Part shown: positions 59,839-64,000 of the stretch, piece by piece | Numbering within the stretch: the stretch's first letter is position 1 | Layout of the letters: each line of letters starts with the position of its first letter | Notes under the pieces: model-generated | What the model was told of the DNA's origin: nothing | The model's input: only the letters and a program-made list of their open reading frames with translations | Database searches by the model: none | Program-made: the position numbers and the translations under genes | DNA from: an uncultured Clostridia bacterium | Lineage (GTDB): Bacteria; Bacillota; Clostridia; Lachnospirales; Anaerotignaceae | Reading direction: 5' to 3' | Assembly: GCA_910586765.1 (NCBI GenBank) | Contig: CAJUJJ010000007.1 | Location: 16,687-80,686 of the forward strand | Length of the DNA: 64,000 bases

Positions 59839-59879
59839 TAGGATACTATAACACCTTTTTAAAATAATGTCAATAATTT

Positions 59880-60221
59880 TCATAACATTTTTTTATTAAA
59901 GTGCTTCACTAATTCTACTACAATATTCTCAGTACATTCAAAATCTTGTTTATTCATATTGCTTAGAGCCTGTGCTAATACTGATATATCATTATTTTTA
60001 TCTGTATTTATACCCATAATATAATCTGCGGAAACATTTAATGCAGTACAAACATTTTTAAAATAAAATAATGTCATACTTTTTTTGCCATTTTCTATAG
60101 CGGCTAAAAAACTAGGCTCCATTTCACATAATTCTGCAAGTTGTTCTCTTGTCAATTTTAATTTTTCTCTTGCATCTCTAATTCTTTTACCTATAAACAT
60201 CTTATATTCTTCTTTATCCAT
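59880..60221 (-). CDS. XRE-family HTH regulator (113 aa)
   Basis: IGKRIRDAR..LTREQLAE..LAAIENGK..LNVSADYIMG. Confidence 0.92.
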   Translation of the reverse strand: MDKEEYKMFIGKRIRDAREKLKLTREQLAELCEMEPSFLAAIENGKKSMTLFYFKNVCTALNVSADYIMGINTDKNNDISVLAQALSNMNKQDFECTENIVVELVKHFNKKML

Positions 60222-60369
60222 TTATCTTCACTCTCTTTCTAAAATATAGAGTATTTGAAAATAAATCTTTTGAAATATTTTATAGAATAAAAATAATATT
60301 CTATTGAATATGTTCACGATTTGATATATAATATTAAAAAATACTTATTAAAGAGAGGAGCTTTTTATT

Positions 60370-60624
60370 ATGGAAACTATATTCCAAAAACGTTTAAAGT
60401 ATTTAAGAATTTACTACAATGTAACACAGAAAAAATTAGCGGACGGTTTAAACATTACAACTAAAGTTATATCTGATTATGAACTTGGTAAAAAAGAACC
60501 AAATTGCAAAGCTATTGTTGATATTGCTCACTTTTTTAATGTGAGTACAGACTATCTTTTAGGAGTTAGCGATAGATTTGCTCCTGCTCGTTTTATTGTT
60601 ACTGTCAAAAAGAAATCAAAGTAG
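60370..60624 (+). CDS. XRE-family HTH regulator (84 aa)
   Basis: RLKYLR..TQKKLA..ISDYELGKKEP..FFNVSTDYLLG; GAGGAG RBS; TTGAAT-17-TATAAT (60304-60332). Confidence 0.92.
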   Translation: METIFQKRLKYLRIYYNVTQKKLADGLNITTKVISDYELGKKEPNCKAIVDIAHFFNVSTDYLLGVSDRFAPARFIVTVKKKSK

Positions 60625-60728
60625 TAAATAAAAATGGTGAGTTTCAAAGTTTTTATACTCTGATACTCACCTATTTTTTTAAGGGCAAGTTCTAAAGAAA
60701 TTCTCCTTTAAAACCTGCCTATCATTTT

Positions 60729-62657
60729 TTATGCTTCTGCTTTTGTATTTACATTGCTTACTCTTGTTCTAATTTCTTCTTGCACTCTTGCTATGACATC
60801 TTTCAAGTCAACTTGTCCTTCTTCACCATTTGCCCTAGAACGTAATGAAACTTTATTTGCTGCTTCGTCTTTTTCTCCTACAACAATGATATAAGGCACT
60901 CTTTCATTTCTTGCTTCTCTAATTTTATAACCAATTTTTTCTGCTCTATGGTCTGTCTCTACTCTAATACCTGCTTTGTCTAATTCTTCAGATACTTTGT
61001 TAGCATACTCTGCAAATTTTTCAGATATTGGTAATACTTTTACTTGTACTGGTGATAACCATGTTGGAAATTGTCCAGCAAAATGCTCTATCAATATACC
61101 AATAAATCTTTCTATACTTCCAAAACATACTCTGTGTATCATAATAGGGCGTTTTTTGCTGCCATCTGCTGCTGTATATTCCAACTCAAAGCGTTCTGGC
61201 ATTTGCATATCAAGCTGTATTGTACCACATTGCCATGTTCTTCCTATGGAGTCCTCTAAATGGAAATCAATTTTAGGACCATAAAAAGCACCATCACCCT
61301 CATTTACTGTATATGGTATATTGTTTTCTTCTAAAGCATCTCTTAAACCGTTTGTAGCAACTTCCCATTCTTCATCTGTACCCATACTATCCTCTGGACG
61401 TGTAGAAAGTTCTATGTGATATTTAAAGCCAAACAGCTTATATACACTATCAATCAAACTAATAACACCACTAATTTCACTTGTAATTTGTTCTTCTGTC
61501 ATAAAAATATGAGCATCATCTTGATTGAAGCAACGCACTCTCATCAAACCATGCAATGCACCAGATTTTTCATGTCTGTGTACTAAACCAATTTCACCAA
61601 CTCTCATAGGTAAATCTCTATAAGAGTGCATATCTTGTTTGTATACAAGCATACCTCCTGGACAGTTCATAGGTTTTACACAAAAATCGTGGTCATCAAT
61701 TACTGTTGTATACATATTGTCTTTGTAATGGTCCCAGTGACCGCTTGTTTCCCAAAGTTCTTTACTCAATATAATAGGTGTGCTTACTTCCACATAACCT
61801 GCTTCTTTGTGTATCTCTCTCCAGTATTCTAGCAATGTATTTTTTAATACCATACCTTTTGGTAAAAAGAATGGGAAACCAGGCCCTTCTTCTAACAACG
61901 CAAATAATTTTAATTCTTTTCCTAATTTTCTGTGGTCACGTTTTTTTGCTTCTTCCATCATTGTCAAATATGCTTCCAAATCAGATGCTTTTGTGTAAGC
62001 TGTACCATAAATACGAGAGAGCATTTTATTTTTTTCGTTTCCTCTCCAATATGCCCCTGCTACAGAAGTTAATTTGATTGCTTTAATTGGTTTTGTGCTC
62101 ATTAAGTGAGGGCCTGCACAAAGGTCTGTAAATTCGCCTTGTTTGTAGAAAGAAATAATCGCATCTTCTGGTAAATCGTTTATTAATTCTACTTTGTATG
62201 GCTCTCCTTTTTCTTCCATCAATTTAATTGCTTCTGCTCTTGGCAATTCAAAACGCTCTAATTTTAAATCCTCTTTTGCAATTTTTTTCATTTCTTTTTC
62301 AATTTCTTCTAATTCTTCTGGAGAAAATGGTTTTTCTCTATCAAAATCATAATAAAAGCCTTCTGCTATAGATGGACCTATTGCTAATTTTGTGTCAGGA
62401 TATAATCTTTTAATTGCCTGTGCCATAACATGAGATGCTGTATGACGAAATGCTTGTTTGCCTTCTTCATCATCAAATGTGCAGATGCTTACTTCTGCAT
62501 CATTTTCTACTACAAAACGTAAGTCTTTTGTTTCTCCATTTACAATACCAGCACAAGCATTTCTAGCTAAACCTTCGCTAATGCTTTTTGCAATATCATA
62601 TACAGATACTGCATTGTCAAATTCTTTTACAACACCATCTTTTAATGTAATTTTCAT
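60729..62657 (-). CDS. thrS: Threonyl-tRNA synthetase
   Basis: TGS and editing domains, RDHRKLG, KPMNCP, AFYGPKID. Confidence 0.98.
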   Translation of the reverse strand: MKITLKDGVVKEFDNAVSVYDIAKSISEGLARNACAGIVNGETKDLRFVVENDAEVSICTFDDEEGKQAFRHTASHVMAQAIKRLYPDTKLAIGPSIAEGFYYDFDREKPFSPEELEEIEKEMKKIAKEDLKLERFELPRAEAIKLMEEKGEPYKVELINDLPEDAIISFYKQGEFTDLCAGPHLMSTKPIKAIKLTSVAGAYWRGNEKNKMLSRIYGTAYTKASDLEAYLTMMEEAKKRDHRKLGKELKLFALLEEGPGFPFFLPKGMVLKNTLLEYWREIHKEAGYVEVSTPIILSKELWETSGHWDHYKDNMYTTVIDDHDFCVKPMNCPGGMLVYKQDMHSYRDLPMRVGEIGLVHRHEKSGALHGLMRVRCFNQDDAHIFMTEEQITSEISGVISLIDSVYKLFGFKYHIELSTRPEDSMGTDEEWEVATNGLRDALEENNIPYTVNEGDGAFYGPKIDFHLEDSIGRTWQCGTIQLDMQMPERFELEYTAADGSKKRPIMIHRVCFGSIERFIGILIEHFAGQFPTWLSPVQVKVLPISEKFAEYANKVSEELDKAGIRVETDHRAEKIGYKIREARNERVPYIIVVGEKDEAANKVSLRSRANGEEGQVDLKDVIARVQEEIRTRVSNVNTKAEA

Positions 62658-62684
62658 TTTCTTTTTTCTCTCCTTAAATTATAT

Positions 62685-63023
62685 TTATTCCGCTTTTTTA
62701 AAACGGCTCATATTAAATTTTAAACGACCTATTTCTGTATCATGTAATTTTATAGTAGATACTATAACATCTGTTTGTAATTTAACATATTCTACATCTT
62801 CAGCAACTACATCTAATTTTTCCTCTACTTTATCAACACGTTGTCTTACTTGTTGTATTTCTTCTTTTAGTTCTGTTCTTACTTGTTGCATTTCTTCTTT
62901 TAGTTCTGTTCTTACTTGTTGTATTTCTCCTTTTAGTTCTGTTCTTACTTCTTCTATTTTATCATTTAACATTTTTCCTATTTCTTTCATTTCTGCAATA
63001 ATTAGCCTGCTTTCTTCGTTCAT
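62685..63023 (-). CDS. Hypothetical coiled-coil protein with 11-aa repeats
   Basis: GGGAGG RBS; (VRTELKEEIQQ) x3. Confidence 0.8.
   Translation of the reverse strand: MNEESRLIIAEMKEIGKMLNDKIEEVRTELKGEIQQVRTELKEEMQQVRTELKEEIQQVRQRVDKVEEKLDVVAEDVEYVKLQTDVIVSTIKLHDTEIGRLKFNMSRFKKAE
62844..62950 (-). repeat. 33-bp tandem repeat, about 3.2 copies
   Basis: TCTTACTTGTTGYATTTCTYCTTTTAGTTCTGT units start at 62844, 62877 and 62910. Confidence 0.93.
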
Positions 63024-63049
63024 AAAATACCTCCCTTCACTATTTCAAA

Positions 63050-63300
63050 AACAAAAAAGCTCTCAATCCCTTCTAATAAGAAAAGGGACGAGAGCATATT
63101 ATTCCCGCGGTTCCACCCTAATTGTTTTAAAAAAAACCACTTTATTATGACGATAACGCAGTCAACGGGCTGTATTAAAGCCGCTCCGAGGTGGTTTTCA
63201 CTTTCACATTCTACAGAAATGCTCTCAACCAAAAAATTATTTTTGACATTTCTTCTCTGTATGTATACTGTGGGCTACTGTCCTCATCAACACTTTACTT
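63050..63300 (-). ncRNA. Thr T-box riboswitch
   Basis: AGAGA/GGTTGAGA stem I, specifier ACC (63195-63193), AGGGTGGAACCGCG (63119-63106), terminator; promoter TTGACA-16-TATAAT (63334-63307). Confidence 0.93.
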
Positions 63301-63345
63301 TACACAATTATATCACAACTATTTTTTCTGTCAATATCTTTTTTA

Positions 63346-63999
63346 TTATAACACTTTTGCTAAAAATGTTTGTAAACGTTCGCTTTTTGGTGCTTCAAAT
63401 ATTTGCTGAGGTGTGCCTTCTTCTATTTGTTTGCCATCTGCCATAAACATTACTCTTGTTGCTACTTCTTTCGCAAAGCCCATTTCATGTGTTACAACAA
63501 CCATTGTCATATTTTCTTTTGCAAGTCCTTTCATAACTTCTAATACTTCCCCTACCATTTCAGGGTCTAATGCAGAAGTTGGTTCATCAAAAAGCATCAC
63601 TTCAGGCTGCATACACAATGCCCTCACAATAGCAATTCTTTGTTTTTGTCCTCCCGAAAGCTGAGAAGGATACGCATTTGCTCTATCCTCTAATCCTACT
63701 CTTTTTAAAAGTTCCATAGCAAGTTTTGTTGCTTCTTGTTCACTTTTTCCTTGTAATTTCATAGGAGCAACAATCATATTTTTTAATATTGTCATATGAG
63801 GAAATAAATTAAAATGTTGAAATACCATACCCATTTTTTGTCTATGCACATTAATATTTGTTTTTTTATCTGTAATGTCTACTCCCTCAAAATAAATATT
63901 TCCCTTTGTAGGAACTTCTAAAAGATTTAAACAACGCAGAAATGTAGATTTTCCAGAACCAGAAGGGCCTATTACAACAACCACTTCTCCTTTTTTAAT
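63346..63999 (-). CDS. Polar amino acid ABC transporter ATPase (GlnQ-like), 5' end outside the window
   Basis: [29 protein letters not shown]; frame stays open to the window edge. Confidence 0.93.
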   Translation of the reverse strand: MKKGEVVVVIGPSGSGKSTFLRCLNLLEVPTKGNIYFEGVDITDKKTNINVHRQKMGMVFQHFNLFPHMTILKNMIVAPMKLQGKSEQEATKLAMELLKRVGLEDRANAYPSQLSGGQKQRIAIVRALCMQPEVMLFDEPTSALDPEMVGEVLEVMKGLAKENMTMVVVTHEMGFAKEVATRVMFMADGKQIEEGTPQQIFEAPKSERLQTFLAKVL

Positions 64000-64000
64000 T

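Noticed and set aside
59880..60624. Prophage or ICE at the XRE pair
   Set aside because: No integrase, att repeats, or structural or conjugation genes
268..62077. Numerous 60-140 aa ORFs antisense to or nested in conserved genes
   Set aside because: Expected shadows of the real CDSs; no RBS or recognisable motifs
62844..62950. 33-bp repeats as a CRISPR array
   Set aside because: Head-to-tail with no spacers; they encode a coiled coil
62458..63150. 230-aa plus-strand ORF
   Set aside because: Antisense shadow of thrS, the repeat ORF and the T-box; no RBS
63020..63232. 70-aa ORF as a leader peptide
   Set aside because: Lies within the T-box RNA, has no RBS and contains no Thr codons

Overview
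Core-chromosome segment of a very AT-rich, spore-forming Clostridia-class Firmicute (Lachnospirales/Anaerotignum-like; the lineage is an inference from gene style). Most genes are on the minus strand. Contents in order: hflX-dapL-dapF; the rimP-nusA-rnpM-L7Ae-infB-rbfA-nrnA-truB-ribF-rpsO-pnp cluster; purC/purB with accessory genes; a cobT-cobU-cobS-cobC cobamide nucleotide-loop operon; an SLH/CAP surface protein; uvrC-hprK-murB-rapZ-whiA-HPr; murA-divIB-ftsZ-spoIIGA-sigE then sigG; coaBC; an SH3/NlpC-P60 hydrolase; aspS-gatCAB; T-box-proS; a TetR/flavodoxin-ferredoxin operon; and T-box-thrS then infC-rpmI-rplT. I found no rRNA, tRNA, CRISPR array, integrase or transposase, and I cannot support a large new multi-gene system. 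The unusual signal is small insertions into normally contiguous operons: (1) an 11-aa-repeat coiled-coil gene between the Thr T-box and thrS; (2) a divergent XRE pair between thrS and infC; (3) a three-gene block, including an untracked 56-aa ORF, separating sigE from sigG; (4) an orphan immunity-like gene between purC and purB. Other notable points are an HPr paralogue with Asp at the His15 position and several candidate operators (WalR-like, HisR/YerC-like, TetR). Family assignments come from motif recognition by eye, not database searches.
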